From an uncultured Omnitrophica bacterium (GTDB lineage: Bacteria > Omnitrophota > Gorgyraeia > JACQQV01): DNA of 64,000 nt. Positions 37,111-46,422 of the stretch are shown here, in pieces (positions within the stretch are counted from its first letter, which is position 1; every line of letters begins with the position of its first letter). A program made the position numbers and the translations under genes. Below the pieces are notes generated by a model. It was not told the DNA's origin and searched no databases. It worked only from the letters and a program-made list of their open reading frames with translations. Where the stretch lies: contig CAMTXH010000013.1 of the NCBI GenBank assembly GCA_947085655.1, positions 23,513 to 87,512 on the forward strand, read 5' to 3'.

Positions 37111-38997
37111 TTGATTTTAATACAATCTTCGATGCAGTTGCAACAAAAAAATGAAATGAGAAATAAGCCCCTCATGGTCTATGACGGCGATTGTGCTTTT
37201 TGCCGCCGCTGGATTCTCCGCTGGAACTCCCTGACAAAAGGGCGGGTCGAGTATGCTCCTTTTCAGGAAGTGGCCCAAGAATTTCCTGAAATACCGCGGG
37301 AAGCGTTCGAGAAGTCGGTTCAGTTGATTCTGCCCGACGGAAACGTCTTTTCAGGGGCAGAAGCAACTTTTCGATGTCTTGCCGAAGGAGGGAAGTGCTG
37401 GCCTTTGCGGTTCTACCGGTATCTTCCGGGCGCGGCGCTCCTTGCGGAATGGGGGTATGCTCTTGTTGCGCGCCACCGCATTTTTTTCTCAAAAGTCAGC
37501 CGGTGGCTTTGGGGAAAGGAACTCGAACCGCCCACTTTTGAAACTACACGGATGGTCTTTCTCCGGGGGTTGGGTGTAGTCTACGGCATCGCCTTTGTTT
37601 CCCTCTGGACGCAGATTGCAGGCCTCGTCGGAACAAACGGCATCCTTCCGATGAAGCCGTATCTGGAGACGGCCCGTCTTTTTCTGGGGGGTGAACGCTT
37701 TTGGTCTTTACCGACCCTTTTTTGGATGAATCAGGAGGACGTCTTTCTTCACCTTGTCTGCGGAGGAGGGACGCTTCTTTCCCTTGTTCTTATCGCCGGG
37801 ATTGCGCCGGTTCCGGTTCTCGTTTTGCTTTGGTTTTCCTACCTTTCCCTCGCGGTCGTCTCCCGAGATTTCCTTCAGTTTCAATGGGATGCTCTTCTTC
37901 TTGAATGCGGGTTTTTGGCTATTTTTCTGGCTCCCTTCGGGTGGTTGCCCCGCTCGTTTCATCGTTCTCCTCCTTCACGAGCGGTCCTCTGGCTATTCGC
38001 CTGGCTCCTTTTCCGGCTCATGTTTTCCTCCGGCATGGTGAAACTTGCAAGCCATGACCCGACCTGGCGGAACCTTACCGCCCTTCAATATCATTATGAA
38101 ACGCAGCCCCTCCCGACCTGGATCGGGTGGGCCGTCCATCAACTCCCGGCCTGGTTTCAAAAGGGATCTGCGGCCGGGATGTTTGCGATTGAACTCGGGG
38201 TCCCCTTTCTGATTTTTATGCCGAGACGGATCCGGTATTTCGGCTGTGCGGTTTTAATCGGCTTTCAGATACTCATCGCGGCAACCGGAAACTACTGCTT
38301 CTTCAATCTCATCACCGTCCTTCTTTGTCTTCTCCTTTTGGAGGATTCCTTCTGGCGGAGGTGGCTACGGCGGGGAACGCCTTTTCTCGAGAAGTCCGAA
38401 TCCTTCCGTTCGCGACACTGGCCCCGATGGATCCTGGTCCCTCTTTTCGCGCTCATCATCCTCGCGACACTGGCCCCGATGGTCGATCTTTTCCATCCGC
38501 GCTTCCGGTGGCCCAACGCGGTGATCGCACTTTATCGGGATTTGATTCCCTTTCGAAGCATCAACTCCTACGGTCTTTTTGCGGTCATGACGACCGACCG
38601 ACCCGAAATTATTGTGGAGGGCTCAAACGACGGGGAAAATTGGGTTCCGTACGCGTTCAAATACAAACCGGGCGATTTAAAAAGGCGTCCCGGTTTTGTC
38701 GCCCCGCATCAGCCGCGGCTCGACTGGCAGATGTGGTTTGCGGCACTCGGGCCTTATCAACAAAGTCCCTGGTTCCTCCATTTCTGCGAGCGTCTCCTTG
38801 AGGGGTCCCCGGAGGTCCTTGCCCTTCTTGAGACGAACCCCTTCCCGGATGCCCCTCCGCGCTATCTCCGTGCTGTCCTTTATGATTACCGCTTCACCCA
38901 CTTTGGTATTTGGCGCGAAAAGGGGCATTGGTGGCAAAGGACCCCCCGCGGTTTTTACCTGCCGCCTATCACCCTTCGTGATTCGGAATTTCCTTAA
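37111..38997 (+). CDS. Fusion of DUF393 (thiol-disulfide oxidoreductase DCC) with a lipase-maturation-factor (LMF) family polytopic membrane domain
   Basis: VYDGDCAFCRRW (DCC motif) at the N-terminus, then about 10 TM segments including a YHYETQPLP-type LMF region. The probable start is ATG 37156 (MRNKPLMVYDG). Confidence 0.7.
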   Translation: MILIQSSMQLQQKNEMRNKPLMVYDGDCAFCRRWILRWNSLTKGRVEYAPFQEVAQEFPEIPREAFEKSVQLILPDGNVFSGAEATFRCLAEGGKCWPLRFYRYLPGAALLAEWGYALVARHRIFFSKVSRWLWGKELEPPTFETTRMVFLRGLGVVYGIAFVSLWTQIAGLVGTNGILPMKPYLETARLFLGGERFWSLPTLFWMNQEDVFLHLVCGGGTLLSLVLIAGIAPVPVLVLLWFSYLSLAVVSRDFLQFQWDALLLECGFLAIFLAPFGWLPRSFHRSPPSRAVLWLFAWLLFRLMFSSGMVKLASHDPTWRNLTALQYHYETQPLPTWIGWAVHQLPAWFQKGSAAGMFAIELGVPFLIFMPRRIRYFGCAVLIGFQILIAATGNYCFFNLITVLLCLLLLEDSFWRRWLRRGTPFLEKSESFRSRHWPRWILVPLFALIILATLAPMVDLFHPRFRWPNAVIALYRDLIPFRSINSYGLFAVMTTDRPEIIVEGSNDGENWVPYAFKYKPGDLKRRPGFVAPHQPRLDWQMWFAALGPYQQSPWFLHFCERLLEGSPEVLALLETNPFPDAPPRYLRAVLYDYRFTHFGIWREKGHWWQRTPRGFYLPPITLRDSEFP

Positions 38998-39068
38998 AAG
39001 GTGGGTTGACGCATTACCCTCTTTTGTAGTAGACTAAAAAAGTCTGGATTCAAGGTCATTGAAAGGGG

Positions 39069-39401
39069 GTGCCTATGCCGAAGTATCTTATTGTCGAAAG
39101 CCGCGATTTGATGGAATACAAAGAGAGCGATTTTGCCCTGAATCTGGCCGGTTCCCTGAAGAAAAAGGGAAATGAGACAACGCTTTATCTTATTGAAAAC
39201 GGCGTCCTTGCCGCCAGAAAAGGATCCGAGGCGGCGGCCAAACTCACCGCTTTATCCAAGGAAGGGGTCAAGGTTCTGGCGGAAGACCTCTCGCTTAAAA
39301 TGCGCGGGGTCAAAGAGCGCACGGAGGGGGTTTCCGAATCGAGCATGGATGCCCTCGCGGATCTCATTTTGAACGGCGCAGATAAAGTCATCTGGTATTA
39401 A
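39069..39401 (+). CDS. DsrE/DsrF-like (YchN fold) sulfur-relay family protein
   Basis: YLIVESRD...LYLIENGVLAARKGS...ADKVIWY pattern typical of DsrE/TusD-like proteins. Confidence 0.65.
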   Translation: MPMPKYLIVESRDLMEYKESDFALNLAGSLKKKGNETTLYLIENGVLAARKGSEAAAKLTALSKEGVKVLAEDLSLKMRGVKERTEGVSESSMDALADLILNGADKVIWY

Positions 39402-39412
39402 ATGAAGACACA

Positions 39413-39459
39413 ACTTACGCCTGCCTGCCGGCAAGGCAGGGAACGTTAGTGACGTAAGT
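39413..39459 (+). other. Nested stem-loop element (outer 7-bp stem ACTTACG/CGTAAGT enclosing CCTGCC-N-GGCAGG) between two dsrE-like genes
   Basis: A perfect 7-bp outer inverted repeat with an inner GC-rich hairpin; no canonical T-run. Confidence 0.35.
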
Positions 39460-39519
39460 CGTTGTCTGAATTTATCCCGAGCGAGGCCGAAGGCCGAGTC
39501 GAGGGATCAGGAGGTTATT

Positions 39520-39945
39520 ATGACTTCAGAAACGAAACCGAAAGTTGTGACCATCGGCATCGCAACCGCCTCTTACCAAAGGGAGGCGCCGACGACGGTT
39601 CTGCGGCTTACCGAAAAACTCCTTCAAAGAGGCGCCCATGTCAATATCTGGACTTTTGAAGAGGCGGTGACCCTCACCAACAAAGACCAGAAGGATCATC
39701 AGGAGCCACCCGGCCTTCATGAGGTGGCCGGCCGCCAGCATACCTATGTCGGTAAATTTGTCGACGGAATCATGAAGGCCGCGCTCCATAGCGGTGCGCT
39801 CAAATGGGTGGTTTGCATCCTCTGTGTGCAGGAGCGGGGCGTGGACGCGCACCAGATGAACGGCGTCATTATCGGAACCTTCGGCGATTTCTGGAAATTC
39901 GCGAACGCCTCCGACCGGCTCATTATGATTCCGACCTATCGGTAA
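39520..39945 (+). CDS. DsrE-like family protein (divergent, Cys-containing)
   Basis: KVVTIGIATASY...AHVNIWTFEEAV and a conserved Cys cluster (WVVCILCVQERG); the fold assignment is inferred. Confidence 0.5.
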   Translation: MTSETKPKVVTIGIATASYQREAPTTVLRLTEKLLQRGAHVNIWTFEEAVTLTNKDQKDHQEPPGLHEVAGRQHTYVGKFVDGIMKAALHSGALKWVVCILCVQERGVDAHQMNGVIIGTFGDFWKFANASDRLIMIPTYR

Positions 39946-39964
39946 GACAAAAAAGGAGAAAGCG

Positions 39965-40354
39965 ATGATCGAAAAAGTGTTAGCAGTTTTCGAAAAACCG
40001 ATTTACTTAAGTTTCGAACCGAACGACCCGCACCTTCTCCATGTCGGATTCGGCTCCGTCTCAAGCGGCGTGAAGGTGAATGTCCTTCTCCGGGGATCTG
40101 CCGTGAACTACGCCGTGAAGGAACAACATCAGACCGATGCGAAACTTCTGGGTCAGCCCCTTGCGGAAGTGGATACCTCGCCGGCCAAGGTGATGGAACT
40201 TATCGCCAAAAACGGCGGGGAACTTTCCGTCGTGAAAGAGGATCTTGCGAAACGCGGGCTTTCACAAGCGGAACTCATCCCTCAAGCAAAGCTCGTCTCA
40301 GAATCGCAGGTTGCAGACCTTGTCGCCGCCAACGACGCCGCCTTTATATGGTAG
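39965..40354 (+). CDS. DsrE/DsrF/DsrH-like family protein
   Basis: KVLAVFEKPIY...VNVLLRGSAV pattern. Confidence 0.5.
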   Translation: MIEKVLAVFEKPIYLSFEPNDPHLLHVGFGSVSSGVKVNVLLRGSAVNYAVKEQHQTDAKLLGQPLAEVDTSPAKVMELIAKNGGELSVVKEDLAKRGLSQAELIPQAKLVSESQVADLVAANDAAFIW

Positions 40355-40608
40355 AGAGCGTGGCGAAGCCGGATAAGACCTTGGATGCGCGGGCTTTTTT
40401 CAACCCGATCGACTGCCGGAGTCTCGATGTGATCCGCGAGGAATTAAAGACGATGGCGGTGGGGAATGTCCTTGAAATCTACGCAAACGCCTTTCAAAAG
40501 CGGGAAATCGAAAGTTGGGCGAAGAAATTCCGGCACCCGATCCTCTCTGTAACCGACAACGAAGGTCTTATCACCATCCATCTTCAGAAGGGCCCGCCTC
40601 TCGGATAG
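40348..40608 (+). CDS. TusA-like sulfur-carrier-fold protein (non-canonical Cys position)
   Basis: LDARAFFNPIDCRSLDVIREELKTMAVGNVLEIYANAFQKREIESWAKKF follows the TusA layout (LDxRGL-CP-P...G-VLEV...D...W), with the CPxP replaced by NPIDC. Confidence 0.45.
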   Translation: MVESVAKPDKTLDARAFFNPIDCRSLDVIREELKTMAVGNVLEIYANAFQKREIESWAKKFRHPILSVTDNEGLITIHLQKGPPLG

Positions 40609-40614
40609 CCCTCC

Positions 40615-41028
40615 ATGAAAAAAATCGCGATCCTCGTCTCCCGCGGAAGTTACAACTCACTCGTCCAGGTCATGACCCTTGTCATGGCCTGTATGGTTTC
40701 AGAGATCAAAGTGCGCCTTTTTTTCCGCGATGAATCGGTCTTTAAACTGACCCCGAAAGAGGCAGGAAAAATTAACCTCACCGAGTTCTACAAAGGGCAG
40801 GAAGCCGCTGTTCTCGAGCGGCTCAAACAAAATAAACTGGAAAACCTCCAGTCTCTCCTTAAAGAAATCAAATCAAAAGGGGACATCCGCGTCGCGGTCT
40901 GCTCCTCTTCACTCGCCATCTGCGGCTTAAAGCACGAAGACCTCATCCCCGAAGTCGATGAGGTCCAAGGCCTCACCTCATTTCTCCTCGAAGAAATTGC
41001 CACCGCGGATCAGGTGCTTACCTTTTAA
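40615..41028 (+). CDS. DsrE-like family protein
   Basis: KKIAILVSRGSYNS...VRLFF...IRVAVCSSSLAICGL pattern. Confidence 0.5.
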   Translation: MKKIAILVSRGSYNSLVQVMTLVMACMVSEIKVRLFFRDESVFKLTPKEAGKINLTEFYKGQEAAVLERLKQNKLENLQSLLKEIKSKGDIRVAVCSSSLAICGLKHEDLIPEVDEVQGLTSFLLEEIATADQVLTF

Positions 41029-41038
41029 ATCTCCTTCT

Positions 41039-44000
41039 TTACTCAGGACCGGGGAATTCGTCCTTAGGCCGACGCGGCTTGGTTCCAAATCGGGCCGGGA
41101 TCCGCTGAGTGACCCATGTTCCGTCATAGTCTCTGACAGTCACACGGATTTCATCTGCATAGGTCTCATCTACAGGTTGGAGGGGTTCGTATCGAAACGT
41201 CCATTTAGCTTGGCTGATTCCGGGTCCATAATAAGGCGCTCCCATCGGGATAATGGTTGCTCCTGACATGGTTCGATAACTGATATAGTTGGTATGATTC
41301 TGATACCGGAAATTATTGTCAAGGTCATTTGCTTTAATGACAAAGGTGTACCCTGTAACCCCTGGCTGAACATAGATTCCCCTGGTACTTCCTCCAAGGT
41401 CAGGGACGTAATTGGCATGATGGACCCATACGTTCCGGCTTAATGTCGATATCCCCCCATCAGGGTGCATCGCCTCAAAGGTAATTGTATAGGGCCCCTG
41501 CGGGCTAGGATTGGGAGGTGGAGGGATTGGAGGATTTGCGGCAGGATCAATCGGCGCCGCTGCAATCCCTGGATCCGGGTTCCAGAGTAAACTAACGGAG
41601 GGGTTGGTGGGATCAAGAGCCACCCAATCCCATATACTGACACCCCCTCTACTCCACAAGGCATCTGGCGTTAAGGGAGCCGTGGTGGTGGAAGCGACTC
41701 GCACCCGAACTGTCTCAGAGACTGCAGGATTCCGAGCGATCGGAAAGGTTGCAGTAATATCTTCTGTAACATCAAAGGGGGAAGGAGTATTGTTGGTAAT
41801 GAGTTTGACATCATTCACATAAATGGAAATGCCGACCATACTCACACTGTGTCCATCTGAAATATTTACCGAGAGATTAAATCTTCTGGGAGCGGCTCCA
41901 TCCGCCACGATACTGTAAGTTGGTTGCCAAGTGAACTCTGCCGTAGCAGGCCGGGCTGTCCCCGAGCCGGTGCTTCTAAACTGGGCTCCAAGGGTGGGAT
42001 GAGGAGTGCCGTCGGAAGGAAGGAGGTCTCCGTCTAAATAAACCCAGAAGGAGAGATTGTCGACACATTCTGGTGCCGATCCACTATTGGGCTCATTTCC
42101 CTCAAACCGAAGGATAAAGCTTTCTCCTTCGTTCCTTGTTGTGGAGCCGGAGACAAACCTCACTCTCGGATAATGGGGCTCACATCCTGCGAGGGCTGTC
42201 CGTGTCGGATTTCCGCGGAACATCGGCCAAGATGCCTCGCCAGAAAGATTTTGAGGCAACTCACCGATCTTTAAAGATCCTTCTTTTCCGATAAAGACGA
42301 ACTCATCTTTTGGATCAGCGTCGATATTCCCCCAGAAATAGCCTTTTGCAGCAGGGAGATGCCCTCCCAAAATCAGGGAAGAAAGATTATCGTTATTGAG
42401 TAGTCGTAAGCCAAACGAGGAAACCTTGATAGGGTCGTAACGGGCATAGGGATGATAGAGTCGTGAAGGTGCAACAAAACCGATGGGGCCGATTGGGGTT
42501 GCAATGGGAGAAAAATCTTCTCCAAAAAACCTCTCCATCTCAATTGTGGGTGGTTGGAAATAGGTATCAAACTTCTCAATAAAACTGCTGTATCGTGTCC
42601 TGCTCCAGTTGTAGCTATCCGGACCGTTTGAGGCAGTTTCATAGCATTTAAGATACCAGCCCCAATGGGGGTACTCGAAATCGCAAGGACTCGCGGGACA
42701 GAAACCGGTGAGCCAATCCCAAAAACCGCAATCTCTCTCGCAACCGGTCCATACCCCTTCGTATGCCATGAGGAGTACCGACATCCTTCCGTCTGAATTT
42801 CTCATGAGGATCGGAGAACCATAATAGACTTCATAAATATAGTTGCTATTCCCATAGGTTACCGAATGTTCAATTTCTCCTGCATTGCCTCGGTGTGTCA
42901 AAATATAAAGGATTGAGGAACCAGCTCGGCTACCGTCGAAGCCTGAGGGGACAGCCACTACCACTTCAAGTGTTCCATCGTTGTCAATGTCCCCAATGAC
43001 CGGTGCGGCATCAACTTTTGCATAGGGATTTGTATATGAAACTAACCAATCATTTGGATTAGGTGGATTATAACTATAAGAAATCCCCGGGAAGGGGCCC
43101 CACCCGGGGAGGGGTTGACTATTCCATTGAAGCGCAAAGAGGCCTTGGTCAGTGGCCGCAACTACTTCCCTCGTCCCATCTCCGTTCAAATCGGCCACGG
43201 CGGGGCTCGAGATGGCTTTAACCGGCTGGGCTGTATGAAAATCTACAGGCCCCCAACCAGAGACAAAGGTTCCATCCGCACGGAAGGCATAGAGTTGATC
43301 GCCGACAGACACGATGACTTCCGGACGCTCTTCGGCATCATAATCGATATCAGAAATGACAGGGGCTCGATAATATTCCCATCCCCAATATTGATGCGGT
43401 ATCCTTTGTGGCCAACCTGGAAGAACGTCGTCTGTCCCAAGGGTGAGTGCATACAATAAAGTGTTTGGCTCGCGGCCCGCTTGCACGACAATTTCTTTTA
43501 CTCCATCTCCATTCAAATCCCCTGCGGCTGGAATTCCAACCGGATCTCCTAAAAATTTCCATTCTTTTAAAAGGACTCCATTCTGTTGCCACGCTTCGAT
43601 ACCGGGAACCGGGCTTTTAATAGAGAGTACAATCTCCTGGTTTCCATCGTTATCCAGATCGACGAGTAAAGGATTGTGCTTATGGAGTTCCCCATGTTGC
43701 GCGACCCATCCCGGCTGCGCCCCGATGAATATTTTTGCGATGTCTACTTTTATCTGGGGTTGACCTTGGACCGTAAGCCTTATTGTAAATTCTCCCCACG
43801 GAGGAAGGCCATCCGCTGGCCATCCCATTGTGCTTCTGCTTAAAATTCCCAATAAAGGTGTTGCCGAGGGAGTTGTAGAATGGACAATGGTCTGCCAGGG
43901 AATCGCTTCATCTTCCCATCCCCGACGGTACTCCAATGTATATCCTTGAAAGTTTCCACCCAAAGCCATGCCAAATATCGGAATTCCCGCCTCAATTTCA

Positions 44001-45532
44001 TCAACCGAAAACAAGCCCTTTTTAAAGGAAGATAAGAACGTTGCCATAATTGGGCTATTGCGCAAATCGCTTGGACCGCTAACAGTCGCAGTAAAAGTAG
44101 AGAAGAATGTCGCCTCATTTCCGGCTACATCGACCGCCTTGACTGTGATTACCCATTCGCCCGAAGGGATGTTAAATTGGTAATAAGGATTCCCAATAAG
44201 CCCTGAGTTTAATATCGTGATGTTATCTTCGCTGGTGAAAGGACTCCCTGCGAAGTCGAATGTCCATCTGTAGTGAAGGATATATTTTTCGACCTCTGTT
44301 TCTGCATCGTCGGCTTGTGGCCACCTGAGAGTGAAAGAGCCGGATGTAACATCTCCAATCGTTTCAAAAGTCCCTAGGCGGAATGTGGGGGGATTTCTAT
44401 CTGTTACAATATGGATTTGCCCAGGATAGATGAGAACATCGTTACTGCTATCTGTGTCACGAGGTTCGATGACTCTTTGAAGGAGGTAGTAAGTCCCCTC
44501 TGGAACATCCTGTGTTTCAATTACCAATTCATGCGTTCTTGTCTCATTTGAACCCACAATTGGGAAAGGAATATTGGTTCTGCCCACAAACTCGTCAGAG
44601 AGATCCCACAGCTCGTCTTCAGAAAGGTAGAATTGCACTTCGGGATTAGCGATGTCAAAAAGGGGACCTTGGTTGTCGACACTGAATCTAAAACGGGATC
44701 GTCTGCCCTGAGGAAGACGTCTGTCATCAGGGGGTAGGCCTTCGATAGTTGGTATGATCCCGAGCGATCTGGAATCACCCTCTGGATCCGCATACTCATA
44801 ATTCGTCATCGAGAAGTCCCACTGGGGGAGATTATTGGGATCATCGGAAGGATACATCATCAACATGGCCTCGGCGTCATCCCCGTAAGTCCGCTCAGGA
44901 TTTCCAGCGTGCAACCCTCTAACGGACATAATGGAAAGGATTGGATCTCCAAAGGTTCCTTGATCGGAATGGCTGAGCCCAAGGGTATGGCCGATTTCAT
45001 GAATTGCGACGTGCCGAAAAGAAGCTACTCCATAGAAATTGGGCCATTCCTCAAATCCCGGGTAAATATTTGATGGATGTGGGTCGTAGAATTCTATGAA
45101 CCAATGTTTCCTCGTATTAAAATAAAGAAAGGCATAATCGATAAATCCATTGTTATCACCATCAATAGAAGGTGAGTACCCCGCGGCATCAGGATTAAAA
45201 CCCCGCTCCTCAAAATCAGCGAAGCCAACGACGATATCCCCGTCACGAGCTTGGTAGTTACAATTTTCGATGGTAAATCCAAACGTGAAGAAGGTGGGGG
45301 GAGGAGCATACCAACGTGATCCCTTGACTGCCCACTGAGGAATCGACTCTGTAAAGGCATTGATAAACTCATTGCGCGTTGGGTTTCCGGAAGGCCAACC
45401 GCAATCCACTATCCGGAAATTAGGTATAACTCCCTCAGGCCAAGGGATGTCCTCCTCGAAGGCCTCTCCTTTGGAGACTCCCAAAAGAAACACCAAGCAT
45501 GCAGTTAAGATGACTCGCTTTGCCATGGTCAC
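41039..45532 (-). CDS. Giant secreted zinc metalloprotease (metzincin, matrixin/M10-like HEIGHTLGLSHS) with FG-GAP beta-propeller repeats and Ig/Fn3-like beta domains
   Basis: Signal peptide MTMAKRVILTACLVFLLGVSKGEA. The motif HExxHxxGxxH+S is followed by a Met-turn (SIM). At least four DxDxDG FG-GAP repeats are present (DLDNDGNQEIV, GDLNGDGVKEIV, ADLNGDGTREVV, GDIDNDGTLEVV). It is 1497 aa, and the gene's GC looks lower than in neighbouring genes. Confidence 0.8.
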   Translation of the reverse strand: MTMAKRVILTACLVFLLGVSKGEAFEEDIPWPEGVIPNFRIVDCGWPSGNPTRNEFINAFTESIPQWAVKGSRWYAPPPTFFTFGFTIENCNYQARDGDIVVGFADFEERGFNPDAAGYSPSIDGDNNGFIDYAFLYFNTRKHWFIEFYDPHPSNIYPGFEEWPNFYGVASFRHVAIHEIGHTLGLSHSDQGTFGDPILSIMSVRGLHAGNPERTYGDDAEAMLMMYPSDDPNNLPQWDFSMTNYEYADPEGDSRSLGIIPTIEGLPPDDRRLPQGRRSRFRFSVDNQGPLFDIANPEVQFYLSEDELWDLSDEFVGRTNIPFPIVGSNETRTHELVIETQDVPEGTYYLLQRVIEPRDTDSSNDVLIYPGQIHIVTDRNPPTFRLGTFETIGDVTSGSFTLRWPQADDAETEVEKYILHYRWTFDFAGSPFTSEDNITILNSGLIGNPYYQFNIPSGEWVITVKAVDVAGNEATFFSTFTATVSGPSDLRNSPIMATFLSSFKKGLFSVDEIEAGIPIFGMALGGNFQGYTLEYRRGWEDEAIPWQTIVHSTTPSATPLLGILSRSTMGWPADGLPPWGEFTIRLTVQGQPQIKVDIAKIFIGAQPGWVAQHGELHKHNPLLVDLDNDGNQEIVLSIKSPVPGIEAWQQNGVLLKEWKFLGDPVGIPAAGDLNGDGVKEIVVQAGREPNTLLYALTLGTDDVLPGWPQRIPHQYWGWEYYRAPVISDIDYDAEERPEVIVSVGDQLYAFRADGTFVSGWGPVDFHTAQPVKAISSPAVADLNGDGTREVVAATDQGLFALQWNSQPLPGWGPFPGISYSYNPPNPNDWLVSYTNPYAKVDAAPVIGDIDNDGTLEVVVAVPSGFDGSRAGSSILYILTHRGNAGEIEHSVTYGNSNYIYEVYYGSPILMRNSDGRMSVLLMAYEGVWTGCERDCGFWDWLTGFCPASPCDFEYPHWGWYLKCYETASNGPDSYNWSRTRYSSFIEKFDTYFQPPTIEMERFFGEDFSPIATPIGPIGFVAPSRLYHPYARYDPIKVSSFGLRLLNNDNLSSLILGGHLPAAKGYFWGNIDADPKDEFVFIGKEGSLKIGELPQNLSGEASWPMFRGNPTRTALAGCEPHYPRVRFVSGSTTRNEGESFILRFEGNEPNSGSAPECVDNLSFWVYLDGDLLPSDGTPHPTLGAQFRSTGSGTARPATAEFTWQPTYSIVADGAAPRRFNLSVNISDGHSVSMVGISIYVNDVKLITNNTPSPFDVTEDITATFPIARNPAVSETVRVRVASTTTAPLTPDALWSRGGVSIWDWVALDPTNPSVSLLWNPDPGIAAAPIDPAANPPIPPPPNPSPQGPYTITFEAMHPDGGISTLSRNVWVHHANYVPDLGGSTRGIYVQPGVTGYTFVIKANDLDNNFRYQNHTNYISYRTMSGATIIPMGAPYYGPGISQAKWTFRYEPLQPVDETYADEIRVTVRDYDGTWVTQRIPARFGTKPRRPKDEFPGPE

Positions 45533-46164
45533 TCCGAAATCTCCCCTTTCCCTCCCCCTTGAGGTAAAAGATTGCGGATAAGACGGTGGAATTGATCACG
45601 GCTCATCAAAAGAACCGGTTTTGAAAGACTCTCCTGGGTCGTATAGAAATTCAGTTCCCCCGTTGAGTCATCGAATTCTCTTGCAACCAGCTCCCCAGAG
45701 GCATTTTCAAGGACAGTCGCTTGAGGTATGGGCAGAACCTGTTCCCTCACTTTAAACGCCCCCTCCCATACGCCCATAATGGTGTTATTAGAGTTCAGAA
45801 AGAGAATTATCTTCTCCCCAACTTCGACTTGAGGGGTTCCTGGGGCACTCATCCTCATCGTGCCAACCGTCCCTCCGGGAAGGCTTATGGTGAAGGGATC
45901 TGTTCTCTCTCCTTTAATCACGGTGAGATTTGTCAACACAACATCTGTCACAATCATACCCGGGAAGCCACCACTACCAGGGATAAGTCTAGGATTCTTC
46001 GACGCCACCGTCCCCTCCACAATCGCATCCGCCTCCCGGCACATCTGGGCGAAGGGGGTATGGATGATGGTGGTGGCGTGGGTGATTGTTTGAGCGGTAA
46101 GGAGGGAAATACCCAATAGAACCGCAACCAGGGAAGGCAATCTAACCGAGAAAAGTTTCTTCAT
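45529..46164 (-). CDS. Secreted hypothetical protein co-transcribed with the metalloprotease
   Basis: Signal peptide MKKLFSVRLPSLVAVLLGISLLTAQT; its stop overlaps the protease start by 4 nt (ATGA). Confidence 0.6.
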   Translation of the reverse strand: MKKLFSVRLPSLVAVLLGISLLTAQTITHATTIIHTPFAQMCREADAIVEGTVASKNPRLIPGSGGFPGMIVTDVVLTNLTVIKGERTDPFTISLPGGTVGTMRMSAPGTPQVEVGEKIILFLNSNNTIMGVWEGAFKVREQVLPIPQATVLENASGELVAREFDDSTGELNFYTTQESLSKPVLLMSRDQFHRLIRNLLPQGGGKGEISE

Positions 46165-46422
46165 CTTGAAGGCACCTCAAATGATTTATAAACCTCTAAA
46201 GAATCGGGCAAATAAAAAACCCAACCCCAGGGAGCCGGGTTAGTTATAACCATTTTAAAGTATACCCCAAGAGGGCAAAAAATCAATATAGAGATTTACT
46301 TATCTTTTACAAATATTTAAAGTTATGGAAACTTCCAATTGTTAAAAAGCACAACTTTAGGGGACCTCCATTGTTTTTTATCTCTTTTTGTGGTATGATC
46401 TTAGGAGGAAAGGAAGTGTTGC

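Noticed and set aside
39007-39045. Promoter-like TTGACG and a small AGACT-aaaaa-AGTCT hairpin upstream of the first dsrE-like gene
   Set aside because: The -10 candidate is weak or ambiguous (TAGTAG/TAGACT) with non-optimal spacing, so I left it uncalled.
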